Assembly: GCA_963730445.1 (NCBI GenBank)
Contig: CAVSRX010000007.1
Span: 115,554 to 179,553, forward strand
DNA from: Vicinamibacterales bacterium
GTDB taxonomy: Bacteria; Acidobacteriota; Vicinamibacteria; Vicinamibacterales; JAMQPK01
Direction of reading: 5' to 3'
DNA: 64,000 nt
The notes beneath the pieces were generated by a model, which was not told the DNA's origin, did no database searches, and saw nothing but the letters and a program-made list of their open reading frames with translations. The position numbers and the translations under genes are program-made. This document shows, in pieces, positions 29,131-38,126 of the stretch. Numbering within the stretch: position 1 is the stretch's first letter; each line of letters opens with the position of its first letter.

Positions 29131-29825
29131 TAGTGAGACCTGCGGGAGAAGTACCGGCGGTAATTCGTGTCGTAGCCGTATAGCGGCCGGTCGTCGTTAT
29201 TGAAGACGATGCCGACGACCTTGGCGGGATCGAGCTCGTTCAACGCTTCTTCGAGCAGCTTCCGAGGCGTCTTGTTGGCCGACACGACCACGAGCACGCC
29301 ATCGACCACGCGCGACAAGAGCGCGGAGTCGACGACGGGCACAATCGGCGGCGTGTCGAGGATTACGTAGTCGTAGCGTTCGCGAGCGTGGCTCAGCAGC
29401 TGGGGAAGCCGGGCAGAGCGAAACACTTCGTGGATCGGGCCGGCGACGGTGCCGGCCGGAATCACATCCACGTTATGGCCGTCGAGCGGCCGAATGACCT
29501 GCTGGAACGATACGTCGCCGGGGCCGACGAGATCGGCGAAGCCGAGGGCGCCGGAGCCGAGGCGCAGCTGGTTGGCCACTTCCGGCCGGCGCAGGTCGGC
29601 GTCGATCAGCAGCACGCGCGCCGCGGCGCCGCGCGCAAGGGCGCCGGCGAGGTTGATCGACGTGACGGTCTTGCCGTCGGCAGCGCCCGGGCTCGTAATC
29701 GCGATGACGCGAAGATCGCGCGTCTGGCGCAGCCGCTCGATCTTGAGCCGCAGGTTCTGATACTGCTCGGCGGCGAACGACGCGGGGTTGTTAAAGCTGA
29801 CGAGTCGAGTCGAGAGAGTTTCCAT
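29130..29825 (-). CDS. BY-kinase-type tyrosine autokinase ATPase subunit (EpsG/CpsD-like)
   Basis: Walker A ITSPGAADGKT, Walker A' LLIDADLRRP, Walker B YDYVILDTPP, and a Tyr-rich tail PLYGYDTNYRRYF. Intact 231 aa. Confidence 0.85.
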   Translation of the reverse strand: METLSTRLVSFNNPASFAAEQYQNLRLKIERLRQTRDLRVIAITSPGAADGKTVTSINLAGALARGAAARVLLIDADLRRPEVANQLRLGSGALGFADLVGPGDVSFQQVIRPLDGHNVDVIPAGTVAGPIHEVFRSARLPQLLSHARERYDYVILDTPPIVPVVDSALLSRVVDGVLVVVSANKTPRKLLEEALNELDPAKVVGIVFNNDDRPLYGYDTNYRRYFSRRSH

Positions 29826-29834
29826 GACGTGTAT

Positions 29835-31404
29835 TTATCCCCTCACCAGCAACCGCACGAGCTGCTCGTTGTTCTGAGCCATGCGAATGGAAAGCGTGAC
29901 GACCACGAAGAGCACCGCGGCCAGACAGCCGGTCGCGGCCGCCCACCGAAGCACGCGCGTCGTCGGTTTCGGATACATGCGCGGAATCGACCCGAGCACC
30001 GGAATCCGCGTGAACTGGCGAACCTCGTCGACGTTGTGAAATGTCGTGTCGAACTGCTCCACCGCGAGGACGGCGATGAACGCCAGCACGAGCGCGAGAA
30101 TGAACCCCATCATCAGGAGGCGCATCCGGTTTGGCGCGCTCGGATCGGCCGGCGGAATCGCCGCTTCCATGATGCGGAAGCGCTCGCCCGACTTGTCGGT
30201 CTCCATGCTTTCCGACACCTGCGCTTCGCCGTATCGCGTCAGCAGTGAGTTGTAGATCTCCTGCGCGGCATTGTGGTCGCGCGAGATCATCGCGTAGTCC
30301 TGCTGGCGCGTCGGCATGCTCTCGAGCTTCTTCTCCGTGGCCACGATCTGCGCCCGGATCGATTCCTCTTCGCGCTTCTGCTTGTCGAGCTCCGCGTCGA
30401 GGTTGCCGAGCACCGCCGCACGGCCTCGCGCCTGTCCCGCAGCCATCGCCTCTTCAGGCGTGGGCGCGTTCGGCTTGCCCTGCGTGGCTTCGAGCGCGGC
30501 AATCTCCTGTTTCAGCCGCATGACGTCGGGGTGCTTGCTCGTGAATCGCGACTCCAGGTCGCCGAGCGCGGCTTTCTTCTGATCGAGCAGGTCGGCGGTC
30601 GGCGAATCGGATGCGGACATCCGGCCGCTGGGGCTGCCCGACGCCGGAATGCCGTCCATCAGCCGCTGGCGCTGTTCGAGCGTTCTGATCTGCTGCTCGC
30701 TGATGAGCCGCAGCTGCGTGTTCAAGCGATCCAGCGTCGCGAGGTTCATGTCGACCTGCTGCGGCAGCTCGCCGTTGTGCGCCGACGTGTAGGAGCGAAG
30801 GCGCCCTTCCTGCACGTCGAGCTGGCGTTTGGCCTCCTCGAGCTGCGACTTGAGGAAATGCGAGGTCTTGCTTGCGTCGCCCGACCGCATGGCGTCGTTC
30901 TGCGCGACGTAGAAGGTCGCGATGTCGTTGGTGACCAGCGCGACGGTGTCCTGCCGTTCGCCCGTGTAGCTCAGGTTGAACGCGACGGTTTTGATCTTGC
31001 CGCTCAGCATCTCGGGACCGGTCGGGTCGACGTTGACGTCGCGCCGCATCTGATCGAGCGCGCCTTCGATTTGCCCGCCGCCTCTGAGCTCGGGATACAG
31101 GTTGTACCGGGTAATGAGCTGCGTGAGCCGTCGCGCGGCTCAGAATCTCCTGCTTGATGATGTGCAGCCGGCTCTCGAGCTCGCCGCTCACCGCGGCTCG
31201 GACGAATTGTTCCGATACCGGGCGCTCGACGAGCACGACCGCCGTGGCTCGGTAGAGGTTCGGCAGATACAGCGCAAACGTCACAGCCGACGCCAGCACC
31301 GTGGCGAACACGACGAGAGCAATCATCTTGCGCCGCCGGAGAATCTCCAGCGAGCGAAGCATCATGGAATCTTCCTGCGCAGTCGAGAGAATGTCGCGGG
31401 GCAT
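29835..31404 (-). pseudogene. polysaccharide chain-length determinant (Wzz/GumC/EpsF-like), one frameshift
   Basis: The N-terminus is in ORF 30454..31404 (MPRDIL..MIALVVFATVLASAVTFALYLPNLYRATAVVLVER..IIKQEILSRA). It continues in ORF 29835..31049 (..RLTQLITRYNLYPEL..MRRDVNVDPTG.., a long coiled coil, and the C-terminal TM LLMMGFILALVLAFIAVLAV). The join is near 31130-31140. Confidence 0.8.
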
Positions 31405-31413
31405 GAGGACCTC

Positions 31414-32091
31414 TTATGGAACGACGATGATGTCGCCGGGCTGCACGACCAGGTTCGCCTGCTCGTCGCCGGCCGCTACTTTGCGGTAGTTGAACGGGAT
31501 TCTCTTGGTCTCGCCGTTCTCCTGGCGGAGGACCACGACGCGATCGCGCGCCGCGAAGTCGGTGAAGCCCTGCGCGAGCGCAATCATCTCGAGCACCGTG
31601 GCCGCGCTCTTCAGCTCGTAGCGCCCCGGGGTCTTCACCGACCCCACGACCGCCACTTTCATGCTGTGCACTTCGCGGACGATGACCGCCACTTCCGGCG
31701 CCGGAATGAACTCGGACAGCCGATCGATCAGCTGCTGCCGCAGCGCGGTCGGCGTGAGGCCGGCGGCCTGAATGTCGTTGACGAGCGGCAGCGACACTTT
31801 GCCGTCGGGGCGCACCGGCACGGTGCGGCTCAGCTCGGGGTTCTTCCACACCGAGATGTCGAGCAGATCCTCGGGCCCGATCTTGTAGTCGTTGGCGTTA
31901 TTGAGGATCGCGGTTTCGATTTTCGTGGCGGCCGGAGCGGCGGCAACGGCTGGCGTAGCCGGCGTGCCCGCCGTAGCGCCGTCAGGCGTGGAAGCGGGAG
32001 CTGGCGTCGCGGTCGCGGCCAGCTCCTGCGCGGACGCTGCGCCCGCGACGAGAAGAGAGGCTGCCGCGGCAGCAAAGATACGACGGATCAT
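31414..32091 (-). CDS. periplasmic polysaccharide export protein (Wza-like, Poly_export plus SLBB)
   Basis: ORF trimmed to the ATG at 32091. Signal peptide MIRRIFAAAAASLLVAGAASA, then YKIGPEDLLDISVW..VRPDGKVSLPLV..VAVVGSVKTPGRYEL. ATGA overlap with the upstream stop. Confidence 0.85.
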   Translation of the reverse strand: MIRRIFAAAAASLLVAGAASAQELAATATPAPASTPDGATAGTPATPAVAAAPAATKIETAILNNANDYKIGPEDLLDISVWKNPELSRTVPVRPDGKVSLPLVNDIQAAGLTPTALRQQLIDRLSEFIPAPEVAVIVREVHSMKVAVVGSVKTPGRYELKSAATVLEMIALAQGFTDFAARDRVVVLRQENGETKRIPFNYRKVAAGDEQANLVVQPGDIIVVP

Positions 32092-33283
32092 CGGAACACT
32101 CCTTTGGAACGCGGATCGTTCGGATCCGCCGGTCTGATGCGGCTGAGGCGCGGCGCGAACGTCACGCTCACCTTCAGGACGTGACGGACGATTTCCCTGT
32201 CCGAGAGGAACTCGCTGCGAACATCGCCCTTCTGAAAGTCGACGCCGTAGGAACCGGCGACGACATACGAGGACCCCGGACTGTACGAGACGACCATCTC
32301 GGGGTGAAACACACGTGCGTGGCCTTGAAACAGCGTTTGGCTTTGGAACACGCCGGCGTGGCCGCCGACCTCGATATTGCGGCGAACGGGCCACGACGAC
32401 TTCAGAGAGAAGCTCTGGATGTCGACCGGGCCTCGAATGCCCATGATGATCGTTTCACCCTGCCAGTAGTCGAGCCCGAAGCGCCCGGCGCGAAGCTGCT
32501 TCGAAAAGTTCGCCAGCACCTCAGGCTTGTTGTTTCCGTACGACGACGAACGCGGTCCGCCCTGCACACTGAAATTTGTTCCCACTCCGACAGCGCGGCT
32601 GTATCCCAGGAGGACGGCGTGCGAGCGCTCCGTGGCGGCCGGGTTGAACATGTCTGCACCACTCGCAAAAGTCCGGCCGAGATAATTGACGGACCAGACG
32701 TCGCGAGTTGTTTGCATCCTCGACACCCCGAAGCGCGCGATGAACATGTCGCCCTGCATGTCCGCGCCGAGCATTTCCTTCGTCGCGTCGTACTGCGCCG
32801 TGACGATCGTCCGCGAACGAATGCGATACGGAGATGGCCGGTGTCAGCTGATACCGGCGCGCGCGCTGGCGGCCGAGCAGCACGCCGGTGTCGAACATGA
32901 GATCGCCCGGGCGGTCCGACACGTCGTAGCGGCCGATGAGCGACAGCCGGAACTGCGGGTTGATCTGGAAGCCCGTGTTGATCATCGCGTGCCGCTTGGC
33001 GTCGAGCGAGTTCAGCGTCGAGAAGCCGACGGCGCGCTGCATGTCGAAGTTGAACAGGCTGCGGAACGTCGTGGTCGGCGATTCGTAGAACGCTTCGAAG
33101 GCCGGCGTGACGAGCATCATCGCGTCGCCGCTGCCCTGCTGCGTCGTGAAGATGTTGTCGTCGTAGGTCGTGCTGAACGACACCGACGGCACGAGCTCCA
33201 TGCGCGCCTGCGCACCGGCATCGGCGGCGGCGAGCAACAGCCGCAAGAAGAATGAGCAGAGGAATGCGTGATGGCATGGTCAT
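32088..33283 (-). pseudogene. outer-membrane beta-barrel protein of the EPS locus (EpsL-like), 2-3 frameshifts
   Basis: ATG 33283 forms an ATGA overlap with the NusG-like stop. The signal peptide MTMPSRIPLLILLAAVA shifts into ..AAADAGAQARMELVPSVSFSTTYDDNIF (ORF 32521..33246), then into ORF 32088..32774. The sequence shows an alternating beta-strand pattern ending ..DPRSKGVFR. Confidence 0.6.
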
Positions 33284-33813
33284 CGCTTTGAACGGACGGC
33301 CGTGCAGTCGACCTCGACCGCAACGCTGCGTCCGAGAAGGTCGACGTTCAGCACGAGTCGCCCTTTGGTTGGCTTGTCCTGCACGAACAACCCTTCGAGG
33401 CCCGAGAGCGGGCCCTCGGTCACCTCGACCCGATCGCCCTGGGCGAGGTGCTCGTGCGCGAACACCGGCACTTCGGCGGTGACGACCTGTTGCAGGGCAT
33501 CGATCTCGACGTCGGGTACCGGCGTGAGGCGGGTCCATCCGTCTTCGAGAATGCGCACGACGCCGCGTGCTTTCAGAATTTCGACGTAACTCTGCTTGTC
33601 CATCCCGTCGCGCACGAACAGGTACCCGGGGAACATGGGGACGCGAATCAGGCGCTGCTCGCCGCCGCGCTTCGACCAGACGCTCATCTCCGGCAGAAAT
33701 GCCGTGAACCCTTTCGCCGACAGCTGTTGCGACACGGACTGCTCGAAGTGGCTCTGGGTCCACACCGCATACCATGCCGGATTCTGAATTCCCGTCACTC
33801 CCGAAACTGCCAA
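33280..33813 (-). CDS. NusG/RfaH-family transcription antiterminator paralog (UpxY-like), first gene of the EPS operon
   Basis: ..NPAWYAVWTQSHFEQSVSQQLSAKGFTAFLPE..PMFPGYLFV (NGN domain) plus the KOW motif GDRVEVTEGPLSGLEGLF. The start is TTG 33813 (AAGGGGG sits 7 nt upstream) or GTG 33798. The long ORF 33280..34341 is a start-less extension. Confidence 0.75.
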   Translation of the reverse strand: MAVSGVTGIQNPAWYAVWTQSHFEQSVSQQLSAKGFTAFLPEMSVWSKRGGEQRLIRVPMFPGYLFVRDGMDKQSYVEILKARGVVRILEDGWTRLTPVPDVEIDALQQVVTAEVPVFAHEHLAQGDRVEVTEGPLSGLEGLFVQDKPTKGRLVLNVDLLGRSVAVEVDCTAVRSKR

Positions 33814-34174
33814 GGCTTCGCCCCCTTCGGTTTGCGATTTCCTTTTCTGAAATCGCCGGCCGCTGCCGAGTCGTATAAGTCGCGCTCTTCGTCTCCGCCT
33901 TCGCGGAAACGTTGACCGCGACCGTTTGGTTCGCGGACGACAGCCGACACTGCATTTTGTGTTCCCGATTTTCAGGAGTGATTGGAAAAGTCGGTGATTC
34001 GGCGGGCGAGTGTTTGCGAATCGATACAGATCATTGGAGATCGCGGAACGAAACAGCCGGAAAATATATTTGTCGCGCGGAACGAACTTGATCGCAAAAA
34101 GTGCCGCAAGTGGCGAACAGCGTTCAACTTGTATGCTTTTTGTGGTGTTCGGCCTGACCTCGTATGAAAAAGTA
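33814..34174 (-). promoter_or_regulatory. ~360-nt comparatively AT-rich leader/promoter region of the EPS operon
   Basis: This is the only long non-coding gap in the 32-kb locus, lying between the arsR stop (34175) and the NusG-like start. It contains A/T tracts (caaatatattttcc, cacaaaaagcatacaagttgaac on the minus strand). No promoter could be assigned confidently. Confidence 0.45.
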
Positions 34175-34630
34175 TCAAATGCGCGCGCGCCGGCGATCCT
34201 TGCGGCGCTCGGTTCGACGATTGCCCCCCTCCTTCGCGCGCGCTCCGGCGGATGAACAGCATTCGAGATGCGTGGACTCCATCGGCACACAGCATCCGGT
34301 CTGCGCTTCGAGTCGCTGACGATCTCTTGTGACGGCGTCACAATGCGAGAGGACGTGCGTGACGGCGCTCATCAGCACGCGCATGACGGGTTCGTCGAGC
34401 GCGGCGAGCTTGTAGTGCACCCACAGCCCATCCTTTCGCGTCTCGACGAGATGTTTGCGGCGCAGATACGCGAGATGACGCGAAGCAGCGGGCTGCGAAA
34501 TGCCCAGGCAGTCGTGAATATTGCAGACGCAGATCTCTCCTCCCGCCAGCAAGCCGAGGATGCGCAGCCGTGTCGGGTCGGCGAAGGCCTTGAACGCGTC
34601 TTCCAATGTGGTGAGCCGGGCGTCTTTCAT
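34175..34630 (-). CDS. arsR: ArsR/SmtB-family metalloregulator
   Basis: FKAFADPTRLRILGLL..GEICVCNIHDCLGISQPAASRHLAYLRRKHLV (winged HTH with a CVC metal site) and a Cys-rich C-terminus (CCVP..ECC). GGAG lies 3 nt before the ATG. Confidence 0.9.
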   Translation of the reverse strand: MKDARLTTLEDAFKAFADPTRLRILGLLAGGEICVCNIHDCLGISQPAASRHLAYLRRKHLVETRKDGLWVHYKLAALDEPVMRVLMSAVTHVLSHCDAVTRDRQRLEAQTGCCVPMESTHLECCSSAGARAKEGGNRRTERRKDRRRARI

Positions 34631-34638
34631 GTCTCCAG

Positions 34639-34706
34639 TATATGCCTATTGACATATATATACGTACGGGAATATTGTCCTGGTAGTGTATTCGTATAGG
34701 CATATA
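34639..34706. promoter_or_regulatory. divergent arsR/arsM control region with an 11-bp perfect inverted repeat (candidate ArsR operator)
   Basis: TATATGCCTAT (34639-34649) and ATAGGCATATA (34696-34706) are exact reverse complements 46 bp apart. They flank an ATATATATACGTACG core in a 75-bp intergenic region. Confidence 0.6.
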
Positions 34707-35482
34707 TGGAGGGCAGCATGAACGGCACAGACATCAGGCAGGCAGTGCAGCAGAAGTACGGCGAGATCGCGGCGGCGGTGAAATCGGGCGGGGCGGCGTG
34801 TTGCGGCCCCTCCTGCTGTTCCACCGAGGACCCTATCACCGGGAACCTCTATAAGAACGAACAGACGTCCGGTCTTCCCACTGAAGCGGTGACCGCATCG
34901 CTCGGATGCGGCAACCCCACGGCCCTCATCGATCTGCACGAGGGGGACACGGTGCTCGACCTCGGCTCGGGCGGAGGCATCGACGTGCTGCTGTCGGCCC
35001 GCCGCGTCGGCGCGACCGGCAAGGTCTACGGCCTCGACATGACCGACGAGATGCTCGAGCTCGCGCGCGACAACCAGCGCAAGGCCGGCGTCGGGAACGT
35101 GGAATTCCTGAAAGGCGATATCCAGGCCATCCCGCTCCCCTCGCGCTCGGTGGACGTGGTCATTTCAAACTGCGTGATCAACCTCGCGCCCGATAAGAGC
35201 CAGGTGCTGGCCGAGGCGTTCCGCGTCCTCAAGCCGGGTGGGCGGTTCGCGGTCTCGGACGTCGTGGTTCGCGGCGAGGTCTCCCCTGCCCTGCGCCGCG
35301 ACATGGAACTGTGGGTCGGATGCATCGCCGGGGCCCTGGACGAGACCGACTACAAGAACAAGCTCGTGGCTGCGGGATTCGAGGATGTCAACGTGGAGAC
35401 ATGGCGGGTCTACGAAGGGCTGGCCGGAGAAGCGGAGGGCACGTTCGCCAGCGCATTCATCAGGGCGACGAAACCTGCCTGA
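34706..35482 (+). CDS. arsM: arsenite S-adenosylmethionine methyltransferase
   Basis: Cys-rich N-terminus (GGAACCGPSCC), SAM motif VLDLGSGGGIDV, ..VISNCVINL.., WVGCIAG. The true start may be ATG 34718, since GGAGGG lies at 34708-34713. Confidence 0.88.
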   Translation: MEGSMNGTDIRQAVQQKYGEIAAAVKSGGAACCGPSCCSTEDPITGNLYKNEQTSGLPTEAVTASLGCGNPTALIDLHEGDTVLDLGSGGGIDVLLSARRVGATGKVYGLDMTDEMLELARDNQRKAGVGNVEFLKGDIQAIPLPSRSVDVVISNCVINLAPDKSQVLAEAFRVLKPGGRFAVSDVVVRGEVSPALRRDMELWVGCIAGALDETDYKNKLVAAGFEDVNVETWRVYEGLAGEAEGTFASAFIRATKPA

Positions 35483-35512
35483 TTGGCACTGTTATGGCAG
35501 AGGGGCAAGGCC

Positions 35513-37597
35513 ATGAGCCCGACCGCGGCCCGTCGCGCCCGACGGCTGCCCGCCAAAACGACAGCAGCATCGGCGGCGGGTCCCGATCTCCGGGATCCGT
35601 CGCTCTACTTCGACCGCGAGCTCAGCTGGCTATCCTTTAATGATCGGGTGCTGGAGCAGGCCAGGGCCGGCCATCCGCTGCTCGAGCGTGCCAAGTTTTT
35701 CGGCATTGCCGCCAACAACCTCGACGAGTTCTTCATGGTGCGCCTCGACAAGGCCGATTCGCGCGCGCGGGACCGCGCCACGACGATGCTCGCCGAGCTG
35801 TCGGACTTCTGGCAGGAGACGCTGCGCACACAACTCGCCGAAGAGGGCATCATCGTGCTCGAAACCAGCGATTACACCGACGACGATCGCGCGTATCTCG
35901 AGCGGCAGTTCAACATCGATGTCTGCCCCGTGCTGACGCCGCTGGCGTTCGACCCCGGGCATCCGTTCCCGCTCGTCTCGAATCGCAGCAAGAACCTCGC
36001 GGTGGTGGTCGAACACAAAGGGCGGACGAAGTTTGCGCGCGTGAAGGTGCCCGATCTGCTGCCGCGCTTCGTCGCGCTTCCCCGTTCTGAGGGCATCCGC
36101 CGCTTCGCGATGCTCGAAGACGTCATTCGCGAAAACCTCGGCCAGCTCTTTCCCGGCGTGGGCATTCGCACCGCACACATGTTCCGCGTCGTCCGCGACA
36201 TGGAAGTGGCGGTGACCCATCCCCAGGACACCGCAGAAACCATTCTGGAAGTGGTCGATCGCGGACTGCGCGAGCAGCAGCGCGGACCGGTCTCGCTGCT
36301 CGAGGTCGATCACGCCATGCCCTCGCGCGTGCTGGATCTGCTGATCGAGAATTTCGAAACGAGCCGCGATGTCATCCATCGGACTCGCGGCCGGATGGGG
36401 TTTGCCGATTGGATGGCGCTCGCCGCGATCGCGCGCCCCGATCTGCACGACCGGCCGCTGAAGCCGGCCCAAATCTGGCGGAAGGGATCGCCGGACATCT
36501 TCGATGAGATCCGCTATCGCGATCAGCTGGTCCACCACCCCTTCGACTCGTTCCAATCGGTGGAGTCGTTCGTCGACGCGGCCATCGACGACCCGCGCGT
36601 CGTCGCCATCAAGATGACGCTCTACCGCATCGGCACCAACTCGCCGGTCGTCGATCGGCTCATCAAAGCGGCCGAGCGCGGCAAGCAGGTCGCGGTACTC
36701 GTGGAGTTGAAGGCGCGATTCGACGAGCGCAGCAACATCGAGTGGGCAAAGCGACTTGAAGACGCGGGGGTGCACGTCGTGTACGGCGTGGAAAAGCTGA
36801 AGACCCATTGCAAGCTCTGCCTCGTCGTCCGGCAGGAAGAAGACGAGATTCGCCGCTACGTCCACATCGGCAGCGGCAACTACAATCGAACGACTGCGAG
36901 GCTGTACACCGACATCGGCCTCTTCACCGCGCGGCCCGGAATCGTCGCCGACGTGTCCGAGCTGTTCAACTATCTGACGGGCTATTCGAACCAGAAAGAT
37001 TACCGCGAGCTGCTGATTGCCCCGGTCGCGCTGCGGCGGCGATTCGGCAAGCTCGTCGCGCGCGAGATGGGGCACGCCAAGCGCGGGAAGCCGGCGCGCA
37101 TCATCGTCAAGTCCAATGCCCTGACCGATCCGGGCCTCGTCCGGCTGCTCTACCGCGCATCGCAGGCCGGCGTGAAAATCGACCTGGTTATCCGCGGCGT
37201 TTGCGTGCTCCGGCCCGGGGTGCCCGGCGTCAGCGAAAACATCATGGTGCGCTCGATCGTCGGCCGCTTCCTCGAGCATTCGCGCATCTGGTATTTCGAG
37301 AACGACGGCAAGCCGCAGGTGTATATCGGCAGCGCCGATCTGATGGAGCGCAACCTGAACAAGCGCGTCGAGGCGGTCTGCCCGGTGCTCGACACGGAAC
37401 TGGCTCAGTTTCTCCGGCATGTCGTGCTCGAGGCGTATCTGCGCGACAATGTCCGCGCGCGCGTGCTGCAGGCTGACGGCACGTACGTGGCGGTCGAGCG
37501 CGACGGCGTGCCATTCGATGCGCAGTACACAATGATGAGCCGGCGCCTCCGGTCGATGCTGGCGCGCGAGCGGCTTGGGGATCAACTGCAACAATAG
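35513..37597 (+). CDS. ppk: polyphosphate kinase 1
   Basis: ORF 35483..37597 trimmed to the ATG at 35513. Motifs: LYFDRELSWLSFNDRVLEQA, NLDEFFMVR, KTHCKLCLVVRQEEDEIRRYVHIGSGNYN (autophosphorylated-His region) and two PLD-like C-domains. Intact. It starts 30 nt after arsM and ends 2 nt before arsC. Confidence 0.93.
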   Translation: MSPTAARRARRLPAKTTAASAAGPDLRDPSLYFDRELSWLSFNDRVLEQARAGHPLLERAKFFGIAANNLDEFFMVRLDKADSRARDRATTMLAELSDFWQETLRTQLAEEGIIVLETSDYTDDDRAYLERQFNIDVCPVLTPLAFDPGHPFPLVSNRSKNLAVVVEHKGRTKFARVKVPDLLPRFVALPRSEGIRRFAMLEDVIRENLGQLFPGVGIRTAHMFRVVRDMEVAVTHPQDTAETILEVVDRGLREQQRGPVSLLEVDHAMPSRVLDLLIENFETSRDVIHRTRGRMGFADWMALAAIARPDLHDRPLKPAQIWRKGSPDIFDEIRYRDQLVHHPFDSFQSVESFVDAAIDDPRVVAIKMTLYRIGTNSPVVDRLIKAAERGKQVAVLVELKARFDERSNIEWAKRLEDAGVHVVYGVEKLKTHCKLCLVVRQEEDEIRRYVHIGSGNYNRTTARLYTDIGLFTARPGIVADVSELFNYLTGYSNQKDYRELLIAPVALRRRFGKLVAREMGHAKRGKPARIIVKSNALTDPGLVRLLYRASQAGVKIDLVIRGVCVLRPGVPGVSENIMVRSIVGRFLEHSRIWYFENDGKPQVYIGSADLMERNLNKRVEAVCPVLDTELAQFLRHVVLEAYLRDNVRARVLQADGTYVAVERDGVPFDAQYTMMSRRLRSMLARERLGDQLQQ

Positions 37598-37599
37598 CG

Positions 37600-38017
37600 A
37601 TGGCTGACACGCTCGGTCCGTCCAAGGTGGTCTTTGCCTGCGTCGCGAATGCGGGGCGATCGCAGATGGCGGCTGCGCTTTTTCAACACGCTCGCCAAAC
37701 CGGCGCGCGCCCGCGCGATCTCCGCGGGCACCCGTCCAGGGACCGCGGTTCACCCCGAAGTGGTGACGGCAATGCGCGAGCTGAACATCGACATCTCCTC
37801 TGCCACGCCGCAGTACCTCTCGACCGACCTCGTGAAGGATGCGCACATCCTGATTACGATGGGATGCGGCGACGAGTGCCCGCTCATCCCCGGCGTCGAG
37901 CGCGACGACTGGCCGCTCGACGATCCGAAAGGACAGCCGGTAGAAACGGTGCGGCGGATACGGGACGAGATCAAGATGAGAGTGGCGGAGTTGGTGAAGG
38001 AGAGGAAGTGGGGGTAA
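37600..38017 (+). pseudogene. arsC: arsenate reductase, LMW-PTPase type, one frameshift
   Basis: MADTLGPSKVVFACVANAGRSQMAAALF (CX5R P-loop, ORF 37600..) continues as NTLAKPARARAISAGTRPG..ITMGCGDECP..DPKG (ORF 37634..38017). Removing one T from the T5 run at 37679-37683 restores one frame. Confidence 0.8.
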
Positions 38018-38126
38018 GAGTCGGAGAGAGTCGGAGAGAGTTGGAAGAGTCGGGAGAGTCGAGAGAGTCGGGGATAGTTGGAAGAGTCGAGAGAGTCGAT
38101 AAGAGTCGGAAGAGTCGAACGAGAGT
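38016..38126. repeat. degenerate 8-10-nt tandem array (A)GAGAGTCGG x ~12, containing ~9 GAGTC (GANTC) sites
   Basis: The array fills the whole arsC-map spacer: taagagtcggagagagtcggagagagttggaagagtcgggagagtcgagagagtcggggatagttggaagagtcgagagagtcgataagagtcggaagagtcgaacgagagt-ATG. It is strongly purine-rich on the plus strand. Confidence 0.85.

Noticed and set aside
34093-34106. Sigma-54-like GGCAC..TTGC motif on the minus strand (cGGCACtttttGCg) in the EPS leader
   Set aside because: The GG-to-GC spacing is 8 nt instead of the required 10, and the flanking consensus bases are absent.
38016-38126. Possible CRISPR array (also considered for 4661-4829 and 13166-13226)
   Set aside because: The units are only 7-10 nt and directly abut each other, with no unique spacers of ~30 nt. 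No cas genes are in the window.
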